Shown: one piece after another, positions 1 to 10,836 of the stretch | Layout of the letters: each line of letters starts with the position of its first letter | How positions within the stretch are numbered: position 1 is the first letter of the stretch | Assembly: GCA_032718475.1 (NCBI GenBank) | Contig: JAUCBJ010007498.1 | Location: 1-41,286, forward strand | DNA from: Nemertoderma westbladi | Lineage: Eukaryota > Animalia > Xenacoelomorpha | Reading direction: 5' to 3' | Length of the DNA stretch: 41,286 nt | Program-made: the position numbers and the translations under genes | The notes under the pieces: model-generated | Databases searched by the model: none | The model's input: only the letters and a program-made list of their open reading frames with translations | What the model was told of the DNA's origin: nothing

Positions 1-1
1 A

Positions 2-661
2 CAGTTGTCTCTCTACTCGCTCCATAGAGCTGAAGAATCCCTGTGCGTATCCGGCTGCGGACCTCTTCCATACAGCTGGATCGATGGTTTCCTTGGCTAC
101 TCCCATCCGGTGTATGTCTTCCCAGGCAGCTTCTGATAAATCAAACGGGAGTCCGGGTCCGGGGAAGTTCCATTGCGACTCGACAATAGACTTCAGTTCT
201 TCACTAGTGTAGCCCGCGTAGCTATCTCTAGTTGTCCGTTGACTCTTCGCCCAATCGATCTGGTGTTCTTCCACCGCGATCAATAACCCGGCGAGCACGG
301 CTGCAGGAAGGATGAGAAGGGGATCCGTATAAACCGCATCCGTCATCTCTGCTCCGCTCTCGGGTGTCAGCTCTACAGTATCATCACTACTGGAGCTGCT
401 GGGCCTCTGAGGAATAAGTTCTTGACTAGCGGGTTGTTGCTGTTCCGCTGCCTTTTGGTCTCGCTTGACCTGAGCTCGAGTGCCTATGATAGACCTACGA
501 TGTTGGACTAGCCTAGGTTCTGTTATTACTACTGGAGGGATGACCTTCCTCACAGTGGGAGGTGAACTGGATTTACGACCAGACGTTTGTACGTCTCTAT
601 CTGAGTCGCAGATAGTTACATCTAATAAACTGTCTGACAGGTTCTGCTTAGTATCAGACAT
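2..661 (-). CDS. 5' part of a long open reading frame running off the left window edge (at least 220 aa); possibly gag-like ORF of an LTR-type retroelement
   Basis: Manual minus-strand translation from ATG at 661 has no stop up to the edge: MSDTKQNLSDSLLDVTICDSDRD...PLLILPAAVLAGLLIAVEEHQIDWAKSQ...QWNFPGPGLPFDLSEAAWEDIHRMG...FFSSMERVERQL. GC is higher than in the flank. It is absent from the ORF track because its stop lies outside the window. The product identity is inference; no diagnostic motif was recognised. Confidence 0.55.
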   Translation of the reverse strand, partial: MSDTKQNLSDSLLDVTICDSDRDVQTSGRKSSSPPTVRKVIPPVVITEPRLVQHRRSIIGTRAQVKRDQKAAEQQQPASQELIPQRPSSSSSDDTVELTPESGAEMTDAVYTDPLLILPAAVLAGLLIAVEEHQIDWAKSQRTTRDSYAGYTSEELKSIVESQWNFPGPGLPFDLSEAAWEDIHRMGVAKETIDPAVWKRSAAGYAQGFFSSMERVERQL

Positions 662-2037
662 GACTATGTATACTGTTGAATGTCTACTGCTGTATTACAG
701 TCTGAGTAAGTCTAGTAACTCAGTATTACCTGCTAGTCTAGTAATTAATTACCGGTACTGCTACTCAGTATAGCGTGATATATATAATATATTAGACTAC
801 CGGTATACTTTATAGTATATATAACTATATAAGTATTATTACAGACTAGGTTTATCACAGAATACCGGTATAATTTTAGCACAAATATATATAAATATAT
901 AATAGGCCTATCGGAATACCGGTATACAGCTTACAGTTTGTAGGATATATAATTCTAAAATAGAATTAATTACAAGTACCGGTATAATTTCAGCCTAGAT
1001 TTATAGAAATAAAGATAATAGGCCTATCGTAAATACCGGTATATCAATTATTTTAGAATAATTGAATTTCTGAACTTTAGGGTTACTTGGTTACTTTAAC
1101 TTACTTTATTACCGTTATTTAAGCAGTAATCCAACTTATATTGAGGCCTAATGGTTGTATGGTAGGCCTACGATTTATAAATCGTTAGATTTGATTTATA
1201 ATATATATATACCCGTTTTAATGGGTTTTGTCAATGTTTGAAATAAATGTTATTATTTCTGGGGAGTAATCACTACACAAAGCGGTACGCTTTCAGTGAA
1301 GTGTTACGTACAGGACACTAAAACAAATAATACTAATTTACCTAAGTTACTTAATACTACAAATTACGTACAATTCGGGTGAGATTACAATCTCTAAATA
1401 AACACAAAAATTTACAAAAACACAAATACGAATTTTTAGGGTAATTTTACAAGAAGTCTACAAACCAGCCTAACAAAGGGTTAGAAAACTGATTATTACA
1501 GCGGACAGGGTACTACGGTATTTGAAATAATAAGTAGTAGTAAATACACTGCGTTGTCTAGATAGGAAAATACCACCGCCTGACGACCTATAGCCGTATC
1601 GCTATAGGTTCTACGTTATGTATCACGGAGTGTTCCTACCTAGAAGTTAATAGAGCTAATCGAATGTGCCTATCAACCACTTTACAACACAAATATAATG
1701 TCTACAATAATTACTTCGGAAAGTACTGTACACTAAACCCTAAATTAGGTACGAGTACTTGTACAACAGATAATCAGTAGTTAAATATACTTGAACAGCT
1801 AAAAGAACCACGGCATCTGCTGGAGTGACCGATGCACAAAATCACCAGTCTTTACCTACGCCGAGCAGCCCGTGTAGTACCGGGGTTAATTTAACTATAG
1901 CGGTATGTATAACAAACACAATTACTGTAGGAACAAACTTGGGGACTTGAATGTTGCGAATAATCGCATAAACTCTGAATAATAAATATTACGCTACGCG
2001 TACAAACTACTCAAACAAAATACAGACCGAACACTGA

Positions 2038-2547
2038 CAGACTACTATCAAGCCTAAACAAACCACGGTATATGCAGACTCCGAAATGATTAGGGAGTAT
2101 GCGCTCTAACCCAGTAGTGCGACTTATTCTTTAGTTGGGGTTTACCTTACAGCATTCGCTGCCCTTACTGCCTAATCGTACTTAATCGGACAGATGATCT
2201 ACACACGCGGCAATCCGTTCAGACCTAATAACAGCCAGACAACTATCCAGCCTACAAATTATTTAAATAAAATTATACGCTACCTGTACAGACTTACACA
2301 AACAGAGTACAGACTAAACGATGGCAGACTACTCTCAAGCCTAAATAAACTACAGGACATGCAGACTCCGAAATGATTAGGGAGTATGCGCTCTAACCCA
2401 GTAGTGCGACTTATTCTTTAGTTGGGGGTTTACCTTACAGCGTTGCTGCCCCTACTTCCTAACCGTACTTAATCGGACAAGTGCTCTACACACACTGCAA
2501 TTCGTTCGGACTTAACAGCAATCAGACAACAGCTCAGCCTACAAATT
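2038..2547. repeat. Direct duplication, about 220-bp copies with about 287-bp period
   Basis: CAGACTACT(A/C)TCAAGCCTAAA...CAGCCTACAAATT at 2038-2260 and 2325-2547. The central ~80 bp (ATGCAGACTCCGAAATGATTAGGGAG...TTTACCTTACAGC) is nearly identical. Confidence 0.9.
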
Positions 2548-4291
2548 GTCTGTACAATCTGATCAGGTTTACACGCCTTCTGTTCAATACTGGCCTACAA
2601 ACAAATAAAACTTGACAGAAATAAGTAAAAATCTCAATAAAAAACCAGGGCTGCAGTCCCTGATTAATTATTAAGGCCTACTGGTATATAATAATCAAAA
2701 TCGAATAATACTGCTGTAGGTACCGGTCCGGATGATCAGGCAGTCAGGCCTACTGGTTACCGGTCGACCGGTACTTTCGACTTTATTGCTTACTGCAATA
2801 AAGAAGCTATATCCTTTAATGTTCGCGCTTTCAGACCTTTGGCAGTTTAACCCGCCAAATTAGAATGTCTTCTAGATAATAAATCGCTTTTTAGTCTATG
2901 ACAAGTATTTGATTCACTACACTAGTCGAAACCAATCCGTGCGCGACCATTCACCCGCTGGATATTCCCGGGAGATTGGGTTCGACGGTTTAATTTTATT
3001 GCTATGTAAGCCTAATGTATTATTCGACTGACAGTATTATATAATCTCTGACAATATTATTCACCTTCGGTAATATTAACAGTTCCTTTAGGACGTGGCG
3101 CTTTATCTATATAAACAGAGTTATGACTTAAACTACTCACAACGATATGGCTTAATTATAATCCACATATATGACGCATTCTTTAGGAATTGCTTCTTTA
3201 ACAGACTCACTCATACACTATGCTGCACAATACTGCACACCAATCTGCCAATCTTCACTGATTTTAGTCACATATAAAAGGAACACAGGCTGACTCATGT
3301 AGGGTCTATCAAATAACATTAGATTCACTTCAAACCACTTTAACATAAGTCACAATCGTTTATCTGTAACCCTTCTCTCTTACCTTCGGTATATCAAGAA
3401 CATTGGGTTTCGGGGTTGTTTATCGTTATTCCAAATATAATAATTCATCAACCATATTATGAAGAACTGACGGTAAATAGCAGTATAAAACAACAATGAA
3501 AACACTGATTGTTATGAGTTTGCAATGTTTCAGCAGTCAGCATGTATGATCAGTCAGCAGTCATCAGGTGCGCAGTATGCAGACATCAGTCATTTGTTAA
3601 AGGATATATGCCCTTTATAATTAAACCTACTAGTGTACGACTAAAAAGCAGTACAGCACAAAAATACTTCCAAGCCGTTCTTTCTTTGGCTCAAGACTGA
3701 ATGTCAACACTGCCCATAGGCATTGCGTCATTTCTCGGAAATTTTCTGTACAAGGAGCCACAAAAACGCTCTCATTGGCTGACTGAACTGAGAGACGCCG
3801 TAGAACAAAGGAAATCAACACGTATGAATGTCAGCTGTTAACCGTAGTCATAGTAACTACTGTTCAAGAGTAGCTATCACCCCTTTGCATCACGAATTGC
3901 CATAGAATCACAAAATATGCCTTTCACAGTACACATACGGAGGAAATAGGTCTTAGATCCTCTAAAAACACCGATACAGCAATAATACGGTCTCTTACAC
4001 TTATTAAATCAACTACAGAGTATTTTAATGTAAAAGATAATAAAAATAACGGGGCAATTCAGCAAAGGCTTTTACAGAACTGGAAATAATAGTGTTTGAA
4101 ATATCGGAAAAATGTTCACTATTTAAGTGCATTTTGCACTAAGTGCCCATATGTCTTTTCCCAAGTTTTATCCCATTTCACACACTACAATCTATCCTCT
4201 ATCCAATGAAAAAAGTTTCAGATTAAACGGCCCTGTAGAACCGAAGTTATTGATGTTTAAAAATAGTCACTCGAAAATTTCAAATTCTCTT

Positions 4292-4365
4292 GGTCAGATA
4301 GTCTAGTGGTTATCAATCACGTTAATGAAACCTACGTTCGCGGGTTTGAAATCCAATATTGACCA
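4292..4365 (+). pseudogene. Degenerate tRNA-like sequence (tRNA pseudogene or tRNA-derived repeat head)
   Basis: GGTCAG/TTGACC acceptor-like stem, A-box-like TAGTCTAGTGG, B-box-like GGTTTGAAATCC, 74 nt. The D and anticodon stems pair poorly. Confidence 0.45.
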
Positions 4366-6199
4366 TTCTTAATTTTTTGCAAAAAAAAATATTTTTATTT
4401 TTTTACTAAAATCGCTCTAACTTCGGTTCTGGTGGTCCAAATTCGATAAAATTGGTATATTCTTTGCCGTAATTTTTTTCTTAATCTTTTGAGAAGGGGT
4501 TATTATTGGCCCCAATAAAATTAAAATAAAGGGCCAAAATAACGCGATATTTTTCGACCCTTAAAATTCGTAATTTTAATTATATATGTTAAGATAAAAG
4601 ATAGCGGAGTTAATTTGATACCTTTTACAGGTACTTTTGGCGCAATACGCTAAACTATAATGGAGTAGCGATTTGTTAAAAAAAAAATTTTTCGTCCCTT
4701 TTTAAAAATATTATATTTCACACGATCGCCTGCCGCTCCAGTTTTATAATACCTCCGGCGCTGTAATTAACGCTGTTAGATAGATAATTTAACGCACTAT
4801 AAGTCTGTGTAAACAAATCTCCCGTAAGTTAAGTAGTTTTCGAGCTAGACGATTCCCCCCAAAGCGAGTTTGAAGCGCGAAATTATAATTTTGGCCCTCA
4901 TTTTTTTAATATCATCCTTGGAGCAAAACCGATAGCATATTTGAATTCCCCGTATCGATATTGACCGCATAGAATGTACCTTAACCAACTAAAGTTAAAA
5001 ATAAAAAAATATTCGATAAAAACTACTTTACAAATTCTGGCCCTTTTTGGCCCCTATTGCCGACATATTTTTTGTACCCCCACTCGATAGGAACGTAGCC
5101 CCAATGGTCTTCTACGAGTTTCATAAAAGAATTAGTGGATTCCTACCCGCGTTGTCGAATTAAACATTTCGGAAATAAGTGTTCCAAAAAAGACGGACAA
5201 AAACGTACAAATTTACGGCCCCTTTTTCCACCCGAAATTTTAATAAATATCTTACCCCCATTCGATACGAAGGTAGTACCACTCTTCCCCTTTCCAACCG
5301 CGTTACTTTCGTCCCCGTGCGATTAATATTAGCCGAGTTATAGCGGATCCCGCAAAGCCATTTTGTCCGTTTTTTCAACTTTGACGGACAATTTCGGGAA
5401 AAAGGCGTGGTAATCTTTTTTGAAAAAAAAAACGAATTCACCAATTAATCCCTTCTATCGTATCCCGGCGTCGCCTAAGCAATAACCTAGGGTTTTTTCG
5501 AGCCACTGTAGAGCGCCTTTCAAAAAAATTTTAAAAAAGTCGAAAAAATGACGGTTTTTTGTCCGCCGTGTCCGTCGAGGGGATAGATTTGCTAATGTTA
5601 GAGTTGCTAATATCTTAGAATTCCGAGCCGCTCCCCTGGTGCGAAAATAAAAAAAATTGGTCTGTTCCTTCATCGAAAAGTCCCCCAGAATCCCAAGTTA
5701 ACCTATATAGTTAGCGATGGCCTGCGGCTTTAGGAGCGGCCGCGGTATTCACCTCCCTCATAGCGGCCGCGGCGGTGTTGCGTCAAATGGAGAAATATTT
5801 ATCCCACCAAGGACCACACCAATTTGCTTTCCACCCGGTGAGTGCTGACTGTAACCTGTCTATAATAGATTCGGTTCATTTAGTGCGAGTGTGTGCTTCC
5901 GTAATACTGCAATATTATTCCCCAACTTGTAACTATAATCTATCGCTACTATAATGTGTTCAGTACGAGTGAACCGTGAGCTTACCACGCACTAGATTCA
6001 ATATAGCGTTCTACTTGTAATATAAAAAAGTCACACGTACATTTGCCCGCCAACAACACAACATAATGGAACAGTCTACACGTAGATATTACACTATTCC
6101 CTTGAAGCAGTTTATAGAGCCGAAAGGCATTTGATAGTACTCACAAGGGCTACAACCAAACTCCTTTGCCCGATGTGGGTTAGCCTCCTGTAAAAGCCT

Positions 6200-6700
6200 T
6201 GACAATATCCTACCCTTAAAAATATTTAAATCGCTTTACCACACATTCATACATCCATCTATCATACGGAATAATTTTATGGGGAAACTCAAGTGCAAGA
6301 AACATAAATCCAACTAGAATTATTAAAATAAAAGAATTAATACAGGCGATAAAATTCAACCACTACTACCAAGCACAAGCTCCATCAATTTACAAACTAC
6401 TTAACATTCCAGCTGTAGAAAAACTACAAGAACTGGAAACGGCCAAACTTATGTGGAAAATTATTAACCACAACAAAACAAGATTACATTACATCGCTGT
6501 TTAAACCAACAAGTCTCATTCACTCATCACACGTTCTACGTCTACCTGTAACTACTCTACTGTATTTCATACATCGAACCAGATTACAGCAAACGCAAAT
6601 GGGGCAATAATCTGGAACTCACTAGGCCTACCCATAGAAATCAAAAATCAAAACAATATTTTTCAAAAGCATTAAAAGAGATACTCATAGAAGAACTGAT
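6200..6700 (+). mobile_element. Decayed 3' fragment of CR1/L2-group LINE ORF2
   Basis: Frameshifted translation KSLYHTFIHP / YGIILWGNSS / QAPSIYKLLNIPAVEKLQELETAKLMWKI matches the typical C-terminal region of CR1-group ORF2. It resembles 41060-41286 in this window. Confidence 0.7.
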
Positions 6701-9518
6701 ATAAGCTACATGCTACAATAGACTGTTAATATCGACATTTAACCGTTATTTAACTACACCATATGACGGAATTAGTGCATGCAATAAGGCACAACTTTAA
6801 TGGAATTAAATTAAATCAAAACAAAACAAATCTAAATCAAACGAAAAAAACATCCGCTCCAGCTGGCTTTGCCCCCCCCCCCCCCCCCCCTCCAAGGCAC
6901 CCTTTGCTAACTAAAGGTCGCCTTACCCCCCTCCCCCTCCCGCCACTCCAACATCAATTTACTTCAACTAACAGCCAGACTGGAAAACTGGCCCCAGAGA
7001 AGAAATTTCCACCCCACATCCAATGCTAGATTGTATTTCCGCGGAATGGAGCGCACTTTTGGTTGATGCTATCTTCTCACCGGGAAGATAGCATGAGGAG
7101 AGTGTTAGCGGATCCATCCGTTGCACGCCACCTACCGAGAGAATAGGGAATAGAGTGATTTACGAATCACACCAAGGTATCCAATATCCTATATAATATT
7201 GGATTCAAAGGAATATTATGAGGCAATGTGGTGCTAGCTGGGAGATGGTTAATAACTCATATCTTTGAAGAAGCTAGCATAGGGCCAAAGGGAACAAGAA
7301 ATGAAAGGGGGAGAAAACCAACCAATAGCGGGGCAGCACATGGCCAGTAACGCGTATCTATTGGTAGGTCGACATGTAGGTAGAAATGTGTAATAAGTTT
7401 TCTAAGCAATCTGTATAAATCCATTACCCAATATTAATTGCGTTCAGTTGGCTATTAATTACTGTGGAAGTCACCCGTGTGCTACATACAGATTTTGCTG
7501 TTGTTTACCGGTACTTATATATATATCAGCTATTATTAACAACGATGAACCATTAACTCTTATATTCAAACCGGCCTTTCAACAACAACAAACAGGCGAC
7601 GCGTACTAAACACGACATAAACACACCAGTCGGGCGGGATCGCACATCTGTATCAATCAATAATCAACCATGCTTGTGCGCCTGTACTTAATGTATATTG
7701 GTAATGCAGGCTGTTGAGCTTCGTGCAAACATTATTTTGTATATGGCGTATATGTATATTATTCTGCATACAAGAAATCGATAATGTACATACATACATT
7801 GTGTGAATGCGTTTGTGAAAACAATCTCCGCTATAGCTGTAGTATTTAATCCTCCCGTTTGTCCCCTTACTTATGAGTATTCTTAGCTCTATGTAATAAA
7901 GCAACGCCACTCCAACAACTCCACGTGTATGTTTCATTCGAAGATTTGCACGAGTTGTTATAAAGTACATTATTACCCTGCCTAGGGGACGAAATATCAC
8001 ATTATAGTTGTACCCTACATTTAGTAACCTAGTGCGTGATATAGTCTATACAATAGCTAGGCGATCAACTGTAAAATTAAACTGAACTTGAAACTTTAAA
8101 GCAGGCAAATCCCGTTAATTTAAATACTAAGCTAACAGCAACTGGACGCTGTACAGTAAGTGTAAAAGCTAAAATTATAAAAAAAAGCGATGAAACTATT
8201 TATTATTATGTCCAAACTTTTTCTACTTTGATTGATGCTATATTAATTCCTATAACGAAATTTTAAAAGTTCCATCAAAAGTTGTTTTTTTCCACAGGGT
8301 CAAGTATTGCACACATTATTTTAACAATTTTTTTAAGACTTATCAAAACTTCCACACCATGGTTCAATGGTTCCTCAATGAACATTTTCATTTTAATATG
8401 GTCATACAGTAGCTAGATAAGATGATTCATGTCAGTAGCACTATACTGTATCAGCTATGGCACAAGATTCCTAACTATTTTAGTCTACCGGCCAACTCCG
8501 AAAATAAAGGTTCGAATGGCATTTTTTGTTAATGGTTGACATCCACATCATTTTTGTGTAACCACATCTGTATTATTGATCTAGTGTCTTTTTAAAACTT
8601 AATCTGCTCCAAATAAGGGCCCTTGACTGCGCGATTAGACTCGATTTGACACCATATTACCCTTTCCCAAGATGGTACCGGTATACGTTGTGTGATTTTT
8701 TGTGTTTTTGAATTTTAAATCATTTTGATGATTTTCTCACAAAACGCAAAGCAAACAAAACAATTGAAAATTTAAATTAAATTTAAATTTAAAAAATTAA
8801 ATTTAAATTTAAATTCAATTCAATTTGTTGGGGCTGTTACTAGGACCGGGTTGGCGGACTGGAAAAAGATATCGTAAACTTTATTTCTTCCAAAATGTTT
8901 ATAACAGTTTCAGGAAAACATTGATGCATCGGAAGACTTAGTCTTCGCGCTACCAGACCTAGCGAATCTACCTTGCCATTCCATGATTGGTCTTTTATTG
9001 TTGCACAGCACAGTGTGACAATGAACTATACACTACCGCTGATTAACAGACCGTTGTCACTGACCAAACAGACCTGGCCATACTGCCTTCACAAAGGTAG
9101 TTGTCAGGTCACAAAGGAAACAGCTGCAGAAACCGTTCCGGTTTCTGACACAGGAACAGAAAATATGATGAACCCAGGACTGACCACTACACTGATACAC
9201 TGAGACGGGCAAGGAAATGCTGTAAACAGATATACTCATCGGTAATATCTCCTTGGTCGAAGGCAATACTGCTGAAAAGATCATTAAGACCAATAGTGCC
9301 AGTGAGGTGTAGACCCCCCCCCCCCCCCCCCCCATTGAGTGTTTGGATCTCATTGATCCTATCATCATAGACATGTATAGAGCAAACAAATTGAGTCCCA
9401 CGCGAAATGAATAAGTTGGTCACAGTTCCAAAGAAGTGCAACCTAACACTCTTTGGATATATAAAATTATATTAAAACTAACTGCTGATGTAGACATTAA
9501 ATTGTGGATGTGGCACTT

Positions 9519-9754
9519 AACCAGTTTCGGACCCCACACCCGTTTGTTCTAGAACAAACATAACCAGTTTCGGACCCCACAACCGTTAGTTCTAGAACAA
9601 AATATAACCAGTATCGGACACCACATCCGTTAGTTCTAGAACAAAATATGAACAGTTTCGGACCCCACACCCGTTTGTTCTAGAACAAAATATAACCAGT
9701 TTCGGACCCTACATCCGTTAGTTCTAGTCCAATCCAGTTCTAGTTCTAGAACAA
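9519..9754. repeat. Minisatellite, 43-44 bp x5, with GTTCTAGAAC palindrome
   Basis: AACCAGTTTCGGACCCCACACCCGTTTGTTCTAGAACAAAATAT units start at about 9519, 9562, 9606, 9650 and 9694; the fifth is interrupted. Confidence 0.92.
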
Positions 9755-10431
9755 TTTAAAAAAAAATAAATAGATAAAATGTTGTAGATCATTTTCAAAA
9801 AAGTAACGTTTCAGCATGAATACTATAAAGGGACTAGCCGCAGGGCGTATCTCTCTCTACCTTGCACCCTCGGTGACACATATGTATACTATAGGTTGGT
9901 AGAGTATTAGTAAAAAATTAATAGTTAATAAATTAATATAGTTTGCTATTGCGTGTAATAAATAAAAACTAAAAAATATTGATTAAAATATTGTATCGCA
10001 CACAAGTTGTGTAGAGAAAATATAATGAAACAGATACAGTACATGAAATATAAAGCGTGGCACATTGAAGGTTATTTTCCTCGCGCAAATAGCTAGTAGC
10101 TTCGCGGCCAGTAGCTACCGGTTTCGCGGCAAGTAGCCAGAACCAAAGGTCCAGTAGCTAGTGGCCGCGGTTATACCTATTGGCGATGAGACAGTAGCTA
10201 ATAGATCGAAGCTCGAAGCTTCTAGCTATAATGCATCATGGAAACCGGAAATAAAATTATATGCTAAATAACAACTCATTGCATTAATTAAGCTAACTAT
10301 TATTCAATTTAGAACACTGACTTAGCTATCTATGTTAATATTAACATCTTGTTATCAACATTTTAGAATCATAATAATAATATTTGCCAATAATTGCCGG
10401 ATTCGATAGCTTGCTTACACTTCCAGTTAAG

Positions 10432-10476
10432 ATGAATATTCTTTATCTCTCTGTGTCGATAATTGCCGTGATCGTC
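10432..10476 (+). CDS. First coding exon (signal peptide) of a small putative GPI-anchored or secreted protein
   Basis: ATG at 10432 gives MNILYLSVSIIAVIV, followed by donor GTGAGA at 10477. Phase-0 splicing to the acceptor at 17288 gives MNILYLSVSIIAVIV-PAGAYA|VQM, a signal peptide with an A-X-A cleavage site. An acceptor-like CTTACACTTCCAG ends at 10426. Confidence 0.55.
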
Positions 10477-10836
10477 GTGAGAATATGGTGTATTTATTAA
10501 AAATAATCTCCACCGGATTCATCAACTCTACTTCAGTATACTAAATTTTGACCCTTTACAACGAATGTTACTATAAGCAGATAAGGAACCTTAATATGAT
10601 ATAGGCATATTATAATGATGATAATAGTAAACTTTTAACTAAAATAATTGTGACTTAGAGGAAGTTGGGGAATTTATCCTGTATATAATAGTGTGTGAAA
10701 GACACACATACAGACTGCCTAAACCCATCCGTCAAACAGACTGCGGACTGCAAACTGCCTGCATAGCGGAAAGGAGTATATACCGGACCGCGAGCGGCGC
10801 GATAACTGTGTGAACTGCGCATCACGGCCAGATGAC

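Larger units (their letters stand above)
1..3999 (-). mobile_element. Possible 5' portion of an LTR retroelement (LTR, long leader, gag-like ORF)
   Basis: The minus strand reads TGTAAGAGACC from 3999, an LTR-like TG start. A matching TGTAAG lies on the + strand at 3005. A long strand-biased leader with internal duplications precedes the ORF. No primer-binding site was identified and no second LTR is in the window. Confidence 0.3.

Noticed and set aside
480-773. 97-aa plus-strand ORF
   Set aside because: GTG start and antisense to the longer minus-strand ORF.
2840-3370. tRNA primer-binding site for the putative LTR element
   Set aside because: Minus-strand TGG-starting candidates did not match any tRNA 3' end I recognise next to a CA terminus.
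5735-5775. Paired NotI sites as a structured RNA
   Set aside because: Explained by an 11-bp direct repeat of a self-complementary sequence; the HDV topology does not fit.
7066-7094. Perfect 11-bp hairpin ATGCTATCTTC/GAAGATAGCAT
   Set aside because: Real but isolated; no U-tract or element context to assign a function.
8973-9441. Short overlapping ORFs in a GC-richer patch
   Set aside because: No recognisable motif and interrupted by poly-C; at most an unidentifiable decayed element.
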